Assembly (NCBI RefSeq): GCF_964204645.1
Contig: NC_134025.1
Location: 15,500,001-15,564,000 of the forward strand
Source: Tubulanus polymorphus
Lineage: Eukaryota; Animalia; Nemertea
Length of the DNA: 64,000 bases
Direction: 5' to 3'
Below, piece by piece: positions 12,740 through 26,858 of this stretch. The notes under the pieces are model-generated. The model had not been told where the DNA came from. It searched no databases and saw nothing but the letters and a program-made list of their open reading frames with translations. The position numbers were made by a program, and so were the translations under genes. The number at the start of each line of letters is the position of its first letter. Positions within the stretch are counted from its first letter, which is position 1.

Positions 12740-13327
12740 CCGTAAAAACCGGCGTATAAGTCTACGCGGCGTATAAGTCGAGGTCGATTTTTAGACCTAC
12801 ATTTCATGATTTTAACATATATCCGGCTTATGAGTCGAGTCCCTTCTCTTAGAAGAATAATTACTTGTATCATTATATTGAATAGTTTGTTTTGATAACG
12901 ATGTGAGCCTTCACGCACGCCGCCGTGCGTCAGCCTGATTCCTGCTGTGTGTTAATCAATAGACTGTTACAGACACACTCAGGTATAATACACTACCATA
13001 CAGTGATACGGTAGTGTGAGTTACACCCTATATATAGCCTAATGTATTAAGCGCTGCTATGAGCGCACCTATGAATACATCGTTTTAAATGAAGCTGTGT
13101 CAAAATGAAAGAAGTGTTTCATTAAATAACTTTATTTATCATGAACAATTATTCAAACTGTTATAGCAGTGAGAAGATGAACACAGTATTTTTTGTCTGG
13201 TAGAATCAATATTTCTTGTGACCTGAAAATACTTAGTAGAAAACTGTACTCGGCGTATAAGTCGAGGTCAATAATTTAGTGGTAAAATCAAGGATCAAAA
13301 ACTCGACTTATACGCCGGTTTTTATGG
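12740..13327. mobile_element. pogo-like MITE
   Basis: TA|ccgtaaaaaccggcgtataagtc ... gacttatacgccggtttttatgg|TA with repeated subterminal tataagtcg motifs. Confidence 0.85.
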
Positions 13328-13744
13328 TATTAGGATTTAGCTGGAACAGCAATAATAAAATTTTTGGATGTAACATATTTTTGAGAAAAAATACTGAACT
13401 TTGAAAGCTAATTACTGGGTAATTAAAATGTATCACCGTTTACCCTACCATTTCATCTTTGATTGGCAACATCTTAAATGGCACTAATCGCAAAATGAAT
13501 AAATATGGTACAAGAGACGAGTTTCGATGCATGGCATTTTGTGAACACGTTATTTCTGGTCAGGTCTGCAAAAATTGAATTGTTCACCATTACACAAATT
13601 TAGTGATAATATTCAAGAGCTTACAAACTGAAGAAAGCGTTTTCCAAGCACTAGAGCGATCTTGAACCCATGAACGACTATTACATTTTGGTAGGTAATA
13701 GCTACTTCCAAAGTGGCACATCCTCATTCCATGAAATTCAGCAT

Positions 13745-13985
13745 CTCACGCATTACGGGTTGAGCCCTGAATTAGTTAAAATGCGCCAATGAATGCTCAC
13801 TAAAAATCACGATGTATAATATCTGAAGGTGTTGGCCCCGCACGCACGCGGCAACAGTAATAAGGCCTATATACATTACTACTGCTGCTGCACGCATATC
13901 TGTCTGCAATGATCGATAAATACACACACATCGTAGTAGATACAAAATCAGTGTTGCAATAAATACGCATTGAAAATGGAACACT
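13745..13985 (+). repeat. Dispersed repeat, second copy at about 63050-63285
   Basis: Shared gccctgaatta, tgctcactaaaaatca, tatacattactactg, aaatcagtgttgca, gcattgaaa. Confidence 0.75.
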
Positions 13986-15611
13986 TTTACTGTTCACCCG
14001 ATAACCAATCGTGCCAGACCAGCTCAGTGAGACCATCATCACCCCCTTATCTTATAACATCATTTTTGTACTATTTGGAAAATTGATATTTTTCAATAAC
14101 GAAATCCGCAGGAAACCGTGGATCTGGGGGAATTTTCTCATCTCTGAGAACAAAACGGAAGTCGATATTAAATTAGTTGATTATTGGCAGGTGATCTGAA
14201 ATCCATGCAATAAGCCTTTTCATAGTTTCCTGGCGCCATTTTTTAGTGGAGGCAGCCGTGATTGTGTCAAACTTGATGCAAACCGTTCAACCGGGTTTGC
14301 TTTTTTGAGAATGTTCGATGTTCTATTTTTACGGACGACTGTGACACGAGCTGGAAGGTGTTTCAAATTGTATTTGAATAGGCTTGGTCAATTGTGTTGG
14401 AAAGATTGGAATTTTGGAATAGGTTAGCATTTATTGCGGAACATATAAAATTTGTTTCCTTTCTGTCAAAATTGAGCTTGTGCTATTGATAGTTGTTATG
14501 AGATTTGCCACGAATTTTAAGTCAGTTTCGATCATACAAGGTCTGTATTAGCCCACTTCACGTATGTAGCCATGTAAATTTGTGACAGCTATAAACGTTG
14601 ATAAGCATTGAGACTGTGGTCCACGTATCATGTGCCACATATTTTCTGACTTTCTTCACATTTGCAATTGTTTCCCTGTATGTGTTGTTTTGGAAACAAA
14701 TGAAACACATAAGACAAAATGACAATTTTTGTTTTTGTGAACCTAGGTAGCTGGTTAAAGCTTAACACCTGGGTTATTTCGTTTATTTTGACTAATCCTA
14801 GAGAACCGGTATCGAGTGATCGCTGGCAGATTTAGCAGTTAAAATCGCCACACGTGTTAAATTTTTGCATTGATACAGGCGATTAGAGGGACACATGGCA
14901 TTCACTGCATATAAAACACAGTAGGTAGATTTCTGGAGATTAAAAGTTTGGATGCTCTGGTGAACTGTATCAGCTGTTGGTTGGTTAAAGCATAGCAGTG
15001 CTATATTTCTATGGTTATAGTACATTGCAGGTGACCCAAATTATTCACCTGCTGCCTGTATACTTTGTACCTGGTACCTATGAGCATGTCTGGACATTAT
15101 AGTACAGTGTTCATGACTATAGACCCGGGTGACCCGAATTCCCCACCTGCCTGAAAATCTCATAGCGGAGGTAACGCGTATATCTTTGCTGCACAAAGAT
15201 CTCCTTGAAAGGTCCAAATGCTATTTTTGTGAAACAGTACACGGGCCTCTCCATCTGATACGTTTAATACAGGGTACATACATATTTAACTAATACTTTT
15301 AAAGATTCCTTCATATTAAAAAACTACGTCTGATGATATCATTTTTTATGCATGTTGCTTGCTAAAAGTCACAGAATTACGTCATCTTATATGTAGGGGC
15401 CTACGCAGCTTAGTAAAAGTCACAGATTATTCAAGATGAACATTGGGAAAAACAACACGGAAAATTTGAAATTTTTGAAACGATTTAAGTTTTTCAAAAT
15501 CAGAATATTGAAGTATTTTATTGAATTTTGCTGTTAGCAAATTTGGGGGATATTTACCTAGAGGGGATTTTTACCGGGGGGGGGGGGGATTATTCACTGG
15601 GGGGATTTTCC

Positions 15612-16980
15612 GAAAATAAACCGTTTTAATGACGACATTTCAGTCTTAATCTATGATTGCGCTTCTAATTCAAGAATCTTAATCAAAAATAATGTTGACC
15701 CATAATTGAAAAAGCTGCATTTCTTCCAATCAAATTTTCCATTAACTTATTGCCATAAAATAAAGGCAATTTCGATTAATCTTAAAACTTCAAAACTTAT
15801 CGCATTAAACAAACGGATTTAGCTCGATGGTTATTGGTTAGAATTTTATCGCTCATATATTTCACATCCTCAAAGAGCATATTCAGAATCTTTAGATTTT
15901 AACTGCCCTGAAAACTATATAGCGTTTGCATACAGTTTTGCACTACTGTTTATACGCTGTTTATATTGTCACGTATAACTGCAAATCTGAAGCATATGTC
16001 GTTATTTATAACAGGGAATCTGGCAAGCAAACCCAAACTGAAAAGAAGACGCTTTGTAGAGCGGCATGAAGAGGGGGCAGACTTGAAATAAATGCCATTG
16101 AGTAATTTAGATACATGTTCAATAATTTAGCTTTTGGAGAAAGGGCCGCAGGTGCATAAGGCACAAAAAGGGGTCTGGTCTTTGAAGAATGAGATGCGTT
16201 TAGGTGCATTCTGAGCACTTTCTTAGTTGAAATTAGGAATGGTATATATGCTCACTATTTCCACCACTGGGTCCCTGTGCACCTACTCAAGGCATGTTTT
16301 TCGTAAAAAGGATAATAACGATTACAATACATTCAAGGAGGCTAAGAATATTTAATGTATAAAATGAAGGTTAAAATCTATCTAGGCCCACAAACTGTTG
16401 AAGAATTTCAGAATGTAAAGCTATGCAGAAATACGACAATAACGGTTTTACACTGGTATCCTTTAACAGCAGGCGATGAAAAAATTTATGTTCAAGCGTC
16501 AGAAAAGTGGATGAGGGCCTGGCCCCATGTCTCTGTATTGTTCTCTGAATCCAAGAACATGTCTATCGCACATTTGAGCCCAAACGTCTACTTTTACTTA
16601 GTAGCCACTTAAGATTTGCGGTGAAACGCGACATTATGAACACACTGAGAAACTAGTGGAAAATTCTATACTCACTCTATAGTTTGGGGTATAGTTGTAT
16701 TTTGAGTGACTCAGTTAAGCTCTGAAGATACTCTAACCAATAAAAATCGAGATTGGAGTAAATTAGTTTAAAAATTGTCATTGGTTATGGAGTTTTACGA
16801 TGATTTGAAATTTCCTTCTTTTTATGGCGATATTAGTTCAATGAAGAATTTGATTTTTAAAAATGCAGCTATTTTCAAGCATGTCTGCATTCATTTTTGA
16901 TTTAATTTCTTGAATTAGAAGCGTAATCATAAATTCTGGCTAACCTCTCATTATTGAAATGGTGATTTATTTTCAACGGG
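15612..16980. repeat. Diverged inverted repeat pair (about 15612-15900 and 16690-16980), possibly long TIRs of an old element
   Basis: atgattgcgcttctaattcaagaa...aaaagctgcattt versus aaatgcagctatttt...ttcttgaattagaagcgtaatcat. Confidence 0.6.
16546..16612. repeat. Transposon-end fragment, near-identical inverted copy at 19805-19874
   Basis: ctgaatccaagaacatgtctat...gagcccaaacgtctacttttacttagtagccactta is the reverse complement of 19805-19874. Confidence 0.85.
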
Positions 16981-18128
16981 GGTCTGGATGTCTTTGCATC
17001 ATAAATTAAGATGTGCATTTTGGAGTGTTCGAACCTCCCATGATTTTATATCAATTTCGCTGAATCGATGATTTAAAGAAATAAAATATGCTGTATCTAT
17101 AATGGATTTATGTGGATCTATCAATGCATTCTAAAGAAATCTTCCGAACTGAGGCAGAATTTAATAGAAATAAGAAATTTCGTATCGTATTCAAGATTTC
17201 ATTTGGATTACGGTAACGGCCTTTGGTGATCTTCACCGTGGGGTCATGAATGAAGAAATACTGTAATCATGGACGTCGTAGAATATGGTGCCACTGATAT
17301 AAAAGTAGTTTTTATTTTACGATAATTTGAGAAAATGAGTTATATTGGAAAAAAACTGATAAAGTACCTTAAAATTCAGCGATTCATTGGCATTTTATTT
17401 CATTGGCATCTTCAAATAGAGTTTTGAGGAGCTAAGTTTATTACTATTAAGAGGTCATTATTTTTGGTTCGTGGTCAGTGCAGTTTGTTTATTCGTTCAT
17501 CAATCACTGTCTAGTTAGCCAGTGTAATTCACCTGTTGACTGATAGCTGCTGCTGGGCTTTTGATAACCTATACAAACAATTTACTCAACAAAGTAGGAA
17601 AGCATGTGAAACTGAAATTTCAGCCTTGCATTCTTTTACTTAGACCAGAAGAGGTTTTTTTTTAATCAAATTGGAATAACTGATTTCAAAATTACGTGAA
17701 CATCTCAACTGAATTTATTTCAGTATTTATTCAATCAATAATGATAATTGTTAGGCTTATTCTCACTAGCATACACTCAGTGAGTAATGGGTATTAGATT
17801 ATAACATAATGCACTATTATTTTGATCTTATATTAGAAGTTGTAATATCATTTCAACCAAACTGTATAACTATGAAATGAAATTTCGGTTAAGATATCAA
17901 TTCTAACAAGCAATTAAACGGTTCAATATTCATAAACGAACAAGCAGAGAACAGCGTGACAAAGTGAACATCACATGGATTACTTAAAAATTGATTGTAT
18001 CGAAATAAACAGTAATTGTAGGTTAATTCTAAGTATTTTAGATACATGTTTTGGGAAAATTTTTCGTAGTCTTTCATCCAGGTAATGAGATGTAAAGACA
18101 TCATCCATTTCATGAGCATATGATTTCA

Positions 18129-18927
18129 CAGTCGACTCCGCATACCTCGGAGTCATATACCTCGGAATATTGCTTAGCTCAGAACAAATCTAAAATATTT
18201 CTCCTAATGCAATCATTTCTCAAATGAAAATCTCCGAGTAGCTCGGAGTTGCATACGTCGGAATATCGCATACCTCAGAATGATTTTTTATAAATTGAGT
18301 CCTAAAATCGTGTACCTCGGAAATTCTGAACATCGTCCCGACCGACAATATTTTTTCAAAAACGCATCCCTAGCCTACTGCATAACAACTTGAAACAGAT
18401 TAATCAATACCTGTTCTTGGATGCGACATGAATCAACATCTGTACTATGTTACCACGTGTATTACGATAGATATGCTGATCATCGTAAGAATTGGAAGCG
18501 TGCCAGTCGCGCTAGTTCTCGGCTGTCTTTAATACGAATAGTCAATTGAATGGATGTAGGTGGAGTTATAGACTTGTAACTGCACATCAAACCCACGTGT
18601 TTTTAAATTCTCTCAACTGGGAAGGAGGCTTTACTTGGTGTACTACAGTACGATGTTTTGATATAAAAGATGACAAGTCAAATCTCCCGGGGGATATGAG
18701 GTTTTGATTGAAATTACAATAAAAACCTGTCAGATATGGTACATATACAATGTTTATTCAACATAGGGGAGGGTGACCTAAATTCGTATAAGAAGGATAA
18801 TTTGAGCCCACGTGTCAGCAACAATTTTTTTTATGACAAAATATGCGGACCTTATATACCTCGGAAATCGCATACCTCAGAAAAAATTTTCCAGTCCCAA
18901 GAATTCCGAGGTAAGCGGAGTCTACTG
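18129..18927. mobile_element. Tigger/pogo-like MITE with subterminal atacctcgga repeats
   Basis: cagtcgactccgcatacctcgga ... tccgaggtaagcggagtctactg|TA; left TSD reads CA; related end fragment at about 51535-51590. Confidence 0.85.
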
Positions 18928-19500
18928 TATTTGTATTTTTGTCTCTCGTATATCCTTGAAGATAAACAAAGTCTAAAAGACAAATTCATTTCTACACAAT
19001 CAAAGATTTTGGACAGTATGAATGCACCAGCATGTTTTATAATTGCAAATATAAAACTAAAATCATAAAATTCTATATTAGATCTGGCACAATACTAGTT
19101 TTAATGGATTTAATCCATAATGATGTTATTTAAATCAATAGTTTTCCTATTGGATATTTCCATTTTGTTGAGCATGATATAATTTAGGGGGTTCTTAGCA
19201 ACTCAGAAACTAGGATTTCTATTGACAGAACTGTATACAAAGCATATGGGGTTTAACAGTACCGTTGAACCTGTCACGTATCACTGCAAATCTCTAACAG
19301 ATGTGGCTATTTTGAACAGGAAATTACCATGCCATCTCAAAATGGTCACTTTTCGCTAGTTGACTTTTAGAAACGATGTGTTTTGAGAGTAGCTATTGTG
19401 GAGGAGTTACTATCACTAAGTCGCTGTTTACAATCAGTTGGTTACAGTCACCTCTACTGCCAGTGTGCACATATCAAAATGCTAGCACACTAGCACATCA

Positions 19501-19661
19501 GGGCTGGGTTTCATAGAGGTGGAAGAAAGATAGTCCCTGGGAACAGTTTGAAATTTGTCAGTTATAACCATGGTTTCTCATTGTTACTATGGTGGTTGTC
19601 ATCCAGATTGAGGATTTACCCCTAGGGATAACTTTGATACTCAGTCTATGAAACCAGGCCC
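19501..19661. mobile_element. Short PIF/Harbinger-like MITE; further copies at about 22831-22925 (inverted, partial) and 32528-32686
   Basis: TIR gggctgggtttcatag / ctatgaaaccaggccc; internal ggtttctcattgttactatggtggttg and ccagattgagga shared between copies. Confidence 0.8.
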
Positions 19662-19956
19662 AGATGTTTTACAACAGTCAATTTTCAGCAGTAGACTCTT
19701 TCAAACAGCTACTATGGAAAACCAACTGAATTGAAAGGTAGACTATTTCGGAGTGACTGGTGTTAAATGTATACTACAGGGGAAGTAGCCAGTATTGTAA
19801 ATTGCTAAGTGGCTACTAAGTAAAAGTAGACGTTTGGGCTCAAAAGTGCGATATAGACATGTTCTTGGATTCAGTCTTTCGTTTGAACTCAAAACTGGGA
19901 TAGACATTTCTTGGATTCAGCCTTTCGATTTCTGTATCACTCTCGATCCAAAACAA

Positions 19957-20587
19957 GGGTATTCGAACTTTGCTGAGTCACTGAATCGCTGACGCGCTGA
20001 ATGCTGTGTTAATAACTAAAATTGTTTTCATTTCACTAATTTTTTCAAATAATTGTAAAATAAACAATGTATACTAAATGATAGATCATAAAAGTGACCG
20101 CATATATGACGACAGTATCGCCTTTAGAGATTAACGTTGTTAACAGCGCTCTAACATTGTGGTATTTTAAGCGGCCCGGTTAGGACAAACAGGCGTCAGT
20201 TTATTTGTTATTTGTGATTACATCCAGCAGTCAAATGATTTCATTTCAATCGTTGCCTCAACTTACAATCGTCACGATTTTTTGTATATTTTTCTGTCAT
20301 ATCTGAAACTCGGGTCCCCAGGGTGAATCCCTATTAAAGCCGTAAGACTACATCGGAGTACCGATGACATAAGCCGAAAGCCGTTACCGCTCTCCGCAAA
20401 ATACATTCGTTACCGTAATCCAACTGAATTTTCATAGAATATTTGTAACGAAATTTATCAATGAATCGGTCAAATGAAACATTTTCTTTAGAATAATGTG
20501 AAATTTGCATGGATTCAGCGTAAATTCAAAACAGCGAAATTAATATAATAATCAACCATTCAGTGATTCAGCGAAGTTCGAACACCC
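19957..20587. mobile_element. Non-autonomous element with 9-bp TSD (Mutator/MULE-like); diverged relative at about 17022-17400
   Basis: TIR gggtattcgaactttgctgagtcactgaat / attcagtgattcagcgaagttcgaacaccc; ccaaaacaa at 19948-19956 and 20588-20596. Confidence 0.85.
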
Positions 20588-21437
20588 CCAAAACAATGCA
20601 CATCTGACTCCAATTCTGTATAAATTGTCATCCGATTCTAGAAACGTTTTCTTATCAATCATGGCAATTGCGCAATATAAGTATAAGGCTCGCACTTAAA
20701 CTTCTTTTAAACCCTTAATTTGGAATGTGTACGATGTACATTCCTAACTGTTCATGTCATTCCTCGATGATAGGAGACGTTTGACTGAAACACTTTTGGA
20801 TTCCACGTTAGTCAAAACTACAAATCAACCGACTGATATCGGACCAGCAACATTCAAAAACTGATCAAGTTAACTGACTGATCTTGATCTTGGATTAGTA
20901 AATACTGCAAATATAATGCAGTAAACCGACCGAGGTTACAATATTGTAGCCTCGGTAAGTGTATGCAGATAAATCCGCGCAAGTCAACCAACCTAGGTTA
21001 CAATATTGTAGCCTCGGTCAGTGTTCTGCCAGGTTACTTATTGCTGTGTCTTTATCCTGGCCCAATCATAATCGTATTTCTTTTTTCAGCTTAACAACTG
21101 ATTCCACGAATTTAATAATTCCATTTTCGAATATGTTATACAGTCCTTGGTCGTTCCTGTCGACACGAGCCGAAGCACGGAGAGTTGTCTCAGATGCTGC
21201 CTCGTTTACGCCAGACCAAGACCAAGACCGAACCCAGTGGTTGGTTTTAACCGGGGGAGGAACCTGACGATTCATGAACCTGAGAACAGAGCTTTCTAAT
21301 CTATTGAGTCTCTTGAGTCCGACATAAATCTAAGTCAATTGCTGAAAACAAGAGCAAAAATCTAAAAATTGGCGGAAAAAATAATGATAATTAATTAATC
21401 AATTAATTCCTTTGTTAATAATTTCAGAATAATATAG

Positions 21438-22252
21438 GCCTAGTTGTCGGTGGACTCAGACAGCTCGCTATGCAAGAAGTCACTGATCAATTCAATCGAC
21501 TGTATGGAAAAGAAATACATGGATGGAAACTGTTGCCCTGGCTGCGACAATTTACGATCAAATTTATAGGAAATCTGTATTTGTAAAACCTATATGGAAT
21601 GGACTCACCGAAGAAGCATAGGGACTAGCTTGGTCCTGAACCAACAAAACTTGAATACTCATGGACACGAACCCAGAATAACATCTAAGTGGCAGCTCCC
21701 AATAGACGGCTTATATAGCTCCACTGTGTAATTTGAAGAAATAGAAGCTGCATATCTAGGGGTGCCCTCTTGTGGCCAAATCTAAAAAGGGCTCTGTACA
21801 TTGTAGGTATTGGTCCATAGAACATTCATACCAAATTTGGACTTGATCTGATTAGAACTGTAGGACTAATAGCAATTTGAAAAAATAAAAACCCCACCTC
21901 CAGGGGCACCCCCTGGTGGACGAATAAATAAATGGCCGCGTAACTTGATAGGCATTGGTCCATAGAACATTCATACCAAATTTGAAATTGATCTGATTAA
22001 AAAAACTGCAGGACTATTAGCAGTTTGAAGATATAGAAACTCCACCCCCAGAGGCGTCCCCTGGGGGACAAATACAAAAATATTGCTCTGTAACTCTATA
22101 GGCCTGTGTCCATATAACATTCATACCAAATTTGGAATTGATCTTATCGAATGAACGAACAAACATAAGGACGGACAACACTCCCCTAACATCCATCAAC
22201 ATCCCGTAACCCATCAGCTCCGCTGACCTTCGAACACCGTGGAGCTAAAAAA
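21438..22252 (+). mobile_element. Helentron/HINE (pearl-like) non-autonomous element with internal tandem repeats
   Basis: Three cores of about 146-150 bp (ggtccatagaacattcataccaaattt at about 21812, 21957, 22107), then a gaac/ggac microsatellite-like tract and a 3' hairpin end cagctcc...ggagctaaaa. The 5' boundary is approximate. Confidence 0.7.
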
Positions 22253-22944
22253 ACAGACACCAAAAATGAAGGCGCTGAGAAAGAAATTGTGTCACGTGGT
22301 GGTGTCACTGTTCAGTAACAGGTATTCCAATAAATGTTTAACAGTATAGTTCCCAAACTAAATTAACTTCTTAAATGTGCCCCAAGTAACGAATCCTGAA
22401 AGAAAATATTGTTGTGATGCGGTGAGAGTCAATGTTTAGAAGTCCCCCTCACTGATTGGCTGAAATTTTGACCACCTTCATTTGGCCCCCTATATCTATT
22501 TTGGCACCTCTCCATAGCCGTTGTATTTAGTTGATACAATGGTTGACTACCACACCAAATTTCATGGGCCAACTCTTCACATTGTTCTGGTGGGGTAATG
22601 TTGCATCTGGATGACCCCTGGGTACTTCAGACTGCATAGATGATGATGAAATCTGTAATTTATGCCCACCTCTTTCTCAGAATCAGTCTATCAAAATATT
22701 GAGAAATTTCTGAATAATTTACCTCAAATAAAATCCTAAATGCTTAACCTATATGTATCTAGGTCATAAGAGGGTACCCCTTAACCCCATGGCGCTTGAC
22801 ATGGCAGCTTCACAAATTATAAAAGATCTAAGGCCCGGTTTCATACACTGAGTATCAAAGTTATCCCTATCCTCAATCTGGGCAACAACCACCATAGTAA
22901 CAATAAGAAACCATGATTATATCTGAAAAAAACAGCTGATACTA

Positions 22945-23680
22945 CAGCTGATACAACCGCACCCGCGTCTATCTTAATTGATTCACATACTAAAATGCTC
23001 ACTATGAAAAAACTATGAAGTGGATCAATCCGGAATTTTTCAGTAGAATGTCAGACGCTAGGTACCTTTCTCTAGAGGTTTATTTGTGGTTTGTCATTAA
23101 CAATCAGTTATACAGTACTTCATTTGTTGACACTAACCTTTAATAAGCTTCGTATGGTTACAATCAAGATAATTCCACCCTATAATTCCACTATTCAAAG
23201 ATCGACATACGACGGGCAGCTTAAACATGGCGCTGCCATTCAATATGCTAGTCACAATGTATCTCTACACACATCAAACTCAAACTTGAATTACATGTGT
23301 TGACTAATGAGAAACAATCGAAATCTAGCAAGTTGATTGGGAAAATAGCAGCACTATAGTTGAAAAAAGTTGATGAACCACCTCCGACTGTCTAATCATT
23401 TAAAAGCTTCGCCTTCACATGGAACTATTTCCGCCTTATCACAGGTGCACTCTGCTGCCGTGATGCGCCCATTCAACGATAAAAACTTTCCCACGGTCTT
23501 ACTATCGGCATTTTCTAATAATTTAGGGAAATATCTTAAAAAAGCGAAATTTCACACTCTGCATTAATAAGATTGAAGTATTTATTTGTTTATTCGTTTG
23601 ACAAATCTTCCTATGAACTCCCACCAACAAGTTATGTGGCGACACGAAAATGAGGTCATTTTCTACGTCATGAAGGTAAA
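22945..23680 (+). repeat. Dispersed repeat of about 750 bp, second copy at about 28942-29790
   Basis: Near-identical ORFs 23370-23567 and 29461-29658; shared acagctgatacaaccgcacccgcgtct start; the second copy has an extra segment at about 29135-29232. Confidence 0.92.
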
Positions 23681-24859
23681 AAGAGAAAATGTATGTTAAG
23701 CGCATCTGCTAATGATTATTCATGACTTAGGTCATTCCAGGTCAAGTCAAATTATATTAAAGCTAAGGAAATTTTCTAATTATCTGAAATTTTACAGCTT
23801 AGATCAATCACATCACAACGAAATTCGCACAATAGCGAGTGCTAGGCTATTTGAATCATCTGCAACAAGAAATACGACCGGGTCTATCACTGTTTCAAAA
23901 TGTGGCTTGTTAACATCACTTTCTAGCAATATTGGCACAAGACCACCTAGACCGTTGGCATAAGAAGCGAACCATAGGTTCCCTAAAAATTTAGCCCGGA
24001 CGCTACTTGGCAGAAGCTTTCGGGCTGTGCCTGTTAATTAGGGCAAAATTTTGTCTGAAGATTTAGAGAAACACCAGTTAAAGATGACAATGCGTGTTTA
24101 AAATCAAATTTCTTTCAGCTGTCTTAACAGCAGCTTAGCAAAATTTTGCAGACGGCATTTTATTTTGGTGCAAAGCCATTGCAATGAAGAGCCCCTTTTT
24201 CGTTCCAACCATATTCTTGAGTCAGTACGCCGCTGATGCTTAAAAGCTATGTTTATAATATTATTATTATCATTATTTATTTTCTGATAGAACAACAACA
24301 AGTTATAATCTATTGGTACATAGATGAAGCAATAATGATATTTCTAACATAAGATGTTGTAATAATACAACAGGGAAAGGTTAGAAAAGCAAAGCTTGTG
24401 GTACTACCCATCCTCGGATTCATGCAAATAGATTAGACCAATTCCTCGGCTAGCAATTGGGCCATGTAATCTACATCAAAGCTGAAGAGCACTTATATGT
24501 TTGAAATAACTTCATTCAGATGGACAGAATACAATATGAGGCCAAATGATTAAATCTTTCTTTATTGGTCATGTGGACAACTTATGTTTTCCATTGTTCA
24601 TTTTGCAAGGACCTAAACAAAATGTTAACTTTTCCATGTCCATCTCATATGAATTTTCACAATAATTTTCCAATTTGATCAAATTAAATAATGTGAGGGT
24701 TACGTATCAAACTTTATAATAGTCTGAACAGTGGTGACGTTTCTCCTGGATCTTGATGTTAGTGATAGGCTCTCTATGGCTTGTGCCTGAAATCCTCGGC
24801 ATATAGGTTATATCCTGGTGAACCTTGTTGCTTTATCTGGCTAAGTCTTGAGGATCAGT

Positions 24860-26300
24860 TTTTATACGGATAGCGATAAACTGTAGATTTTTTCTGAGGG
24901 GGTGGGTACAGACAGGAGATTGACAGCTGCATAAAACCAGACGTAATGGTAGTTTACAGTTCCTCCAGACAGTAATAGTTCAGACAGCGCCAAAAAGCGA
25001 TTATGAATGCTAGCAAGTTTTTTACTGTTGGTCAATCCCTTAACTGCCATGCCAAATGCAATATGCCTTTTAGGTTTCACAAGACCTTTTCTGATTGCAA
25101 ACAGTCCATCATGGCTGGATGCTGCTCAGCATTGGGTCTGTTCAGTGTGCCTCTTGTCATTGGGGTCACCATAGAGTATATTGAAGAATGTTAGTAACAG
25201 CTTCGGTAGAGATGCATCGCCTTCCTTGACTTGATCAAACGTGGTGCAATCAGTTAAGATAGAGGTCGTTTCTTGCACAGTAGGAGTGCCCGTTCATGTG
25301 ATGGATTTTTTTTCCTGAAGTAGCAACATAGTCATAAGCCATATGGACAGTGTCATCTACCATGTTGGCATTGTAGAAGATGACTCCCAACATTCGTAGA
25401 CTGGACAATAGACCTTGAGACAACCGCTGAAATGCTTGGAGCATTCCTCAGTGAATCCTTGTGCACACTGCATTGGTTTCTCTCCTGTGTTGGAACACAT
25501 GTCCAGGCATCCTGCAAACAGGGATGCCAGAAGTTCTTGAATTCCTCTTTCAATGAAGTTTCTATGCACGAATGGATCTCATCGAGGCTGGAACCAATGG
25601 TTTTAACTTCCTTCATTGGGACATGGGATGCGTATTTCTGTGCAAACTTCATGTACTCGCTTCTACATGAATGGTAGTATTTGCTTCCTTTGCGATCGCG
25701 TCAATTCCTGAAATTTTTTTGTGAAGATTCTGTCATCTTTTATTGCTCAAGCATGGATACGTCTTTCGGGCTTCTTTGGTTTCACATGTCCCAAGGTCTT
25801 CTTCATTGTTCTTTATGTCATTGAACTCTGTCACAAAACAGGGTAGGGAATATACCTGCAGCTGTGTTTCTAGTTGGTTCTAGGTGGCTACGATGGTGAC
25901 CGTGTTTGTTGTGCTTTTTTCTTTTCCTGCTCGGTTGTCACAGCAGTAACATTTTTGCAAATACTGTGATAACTATCAGCATTTGAGGGTGTTCCGGGAA
26001 GGTTCTGAATAACACCATGGAACTTTGATGGAGGGAAATATCTGGACAGTTTCCCAGGTAGCATCAATGAAGGACATAACCTGTAGCTTTGGTTTCTTAT
26101 GAGGCTGTTGTTGGTAAACAATGGTGTTCGACATCTTCATGAACTATCAGTGCCATTATTATTGGAGTCACATCGTCTGAGACATTTCGTGCTGACCTTG
26201 GACATGTTGGAGCACGGCTCTGAGTTTCTAGGCGTTGATCCAGTTGGTAATCCATTTTTTACTGATCTGTATATCACAAAGTGACAATGAAACAAAAATG
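24860..26300 (-). pseudogene. Decayed Academ-like transposase (N-terminal half)
   Basis: Broken frames give YHSICKNVTAV, EANTTIH/YHSCRSEYMKF-like segment near 25660-25690, and KPKRHIAFGMAVKGLTNSKKLASIHNRF, resembling the YHxxC and PKHxxLGxxVKxxTGxKxxxxxLNR motifs of Academ transposases. Confidence 0.55.
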
Positions 26301-26858
26301 TAGCCAGAGGCCAGTAGCCTGAAGAAATTTCCTATTGGTTACTATAATGCCTTACAAAAACTCGACGGAGGTTTCAATGAACTGATTTGTACAACTAGAA
26401 TACTGGTGTGGTGTAGTGTGTCATTTCTTTAAAGAGCCATTTGTTGAGGAATTGTTATTATGGAGAATTGACAGTAGTCCTACATATCATATATGAAGTT
26501 TCTAGCATACCAGATTTTTTCACTATTTGACACAGATTAATTTTTTCTCAAACGTATGTCAGTAAACATTTCCCATAAGCTACATGAGTACAGGCCTATC
26601 TGGAGTATCGTTTCTGAAGCAGTTTATATTATAAAGTTGAGGTGAATTAACATATATAAAGACAATAGTGTTATTATGACCTCACTTGGCAGATTGCCAC
26701 ATTTTAAGTTAGGACAGGTTATGGTTAGCAGATGAGGCTAAATTTTAGGTCAAATTTAAAGGCATACATGAAGAAAGGCCAAACCATTGTTATAAATATC
26801 TAGCTGATTACAGCAACAGATGCATGCAGGTGGTGAAGGTCACCGCAAATACTCTTAC

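Noticed and set aside
20920-21330. Short direct repeat (aggttacaatattgtagcctcggt twice) and adjacent ORFs
   Set aside because: Only two units and no identifiable protein motif; probably retroelement debris.
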